A DNA stretch of 64,000 bases. Source: a virus. Positions 63,641 through 64,000 of the stretch are shown in pieces. The stretch is taken from positions 125,818 to 189,817 of the IMG/VR virus record IMGVR_UViG_3300045988_052724. The stretch is one strand, 5' to 3'. Under the pieces are notes generated by a model. It was not told the DNA's origin. It searched no databases and saw only the letters and a program-made list of their open reading frames with translations. Position 1 is the stretch's first letter, and each line of letters opens with the position of its first letter. Both the position numbers and the translations under genes were made by a program.

Positions 63641-64000
63641 ATGATAAATCTATCTAAGGGTGGCAGAGTCAATCTGTCAAAGGACGATAACGGTAATAAG
63701 TTATCTAAAGTATTCTTTGGAGCAAACTGGGGAGCTATCAAATCTGGTGGTTTCTTAGGTTTTGGTGGAGGTACTGAGGCTGTAGACCTTGATGCTTCTG
63801 TAGTTCTTATGGACGCTAACAAGCGTAAGCTTGAAACTGTTTACTTTGGTCATAAAGACTCAAGTGACAGAGCAATCCATCACTCTGGTGATGATTTGGT
63901 AGGTGATACTGACGGAGACGACGGAATGGATAATGAAACTATCTTAGTAGAACTAGATAGAATCAGACCTGAAGTTGAGTATGTTGCTTTCATCCTCAAT
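63641..64000 (+). CDS. Second TerD-domain protein, partial (runs off the right edge)
   Basis: MINLSKGGRVNLSK ... VDLDASVVLMD ... HHSGDDLVGDTDGDDGMDNETI. Not in the ORF track because there is no stop in the window. Confidence 0.8.
   Translation, partial: MINLSKGGRVNLSKDDNGNKLSKVFFGANWGAIKSGGFLGFGGGTEAVDLDASVVLMDANKRKLETVYFGHKDSSDRAIHHSGDDLVGDTDGDDGMDNETILVELDRIRPEVEYVAFILN

Noticed and set aside
1-64000. Looked for integrase, excisionase, repressor or att sites next to the tRNAs (as in a temperate phage or island).
   Set aside because: No tyrosine or serine recombinase motifs were seen in any ORF of the window. The tRNAs are phage-internal array members rather than an integration target.

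Overview
This window looks like part of a large, AT-rich tailed-phage (Caudoviricetes) genome. Most genes lack Shine-Dalgarno sequences, which suggests a Bacteroidota-type host, but that is a guess.

Layout:
- 1-25196, minus strand: late/structural operon. It holds a tail fiber of more than 1800 aa that runs off the left edge, further fiber-like proteins, portal and large terminase. A complete diversity-generating retroelement (DGR) is embedded here, in the order target-VR-TR-RT.
- 25365-30362, plus strand: nucleases, a virion-associated lytic transglycosylase and holin-like proteins.
- 30415-32238, minus strand: small genes.
- 32239-44549, plus strand: many small genes with their own promoter/leader/terminator cassettes, long ORF-free structured regions, a tmRNA, and a DUF2828/TROVE-like vWA protein.
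- 44550-62621: an 18 kb RNA island. It contains about 35 tRNA or tRNA-like genes covering every amino acid except a functional Thr. These are interleaved with HNH endonucleases, small ORFs and a family of at least 10 covarying-stem RNA elements, several of which enclose circularly permuted tRNA-like domains.
- Right edge: a tandem pair of TerD-domain genes.

Strongest leads:
1. The Ro60-like protein, tmRNA, tRNA array and Y-RNA-like element family together.
2. ORF-free RNAs carrying near-exact copies of universally conserved 23S rRNA motifs, including a 13/13 sarcin-ricin loop match.
3. The DGR.
4. A short PurA/PurZ-family enzyme next to a vWA protein.
5. Unusual tRNAs: CAT anticodon with long variable arms, and an HNH-interrupted tRNA-like gene.

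All RNA calls were hand-folded, so coordinates may be off by a few nucleotides. All homology statements come from recognised motifs, not database searches.
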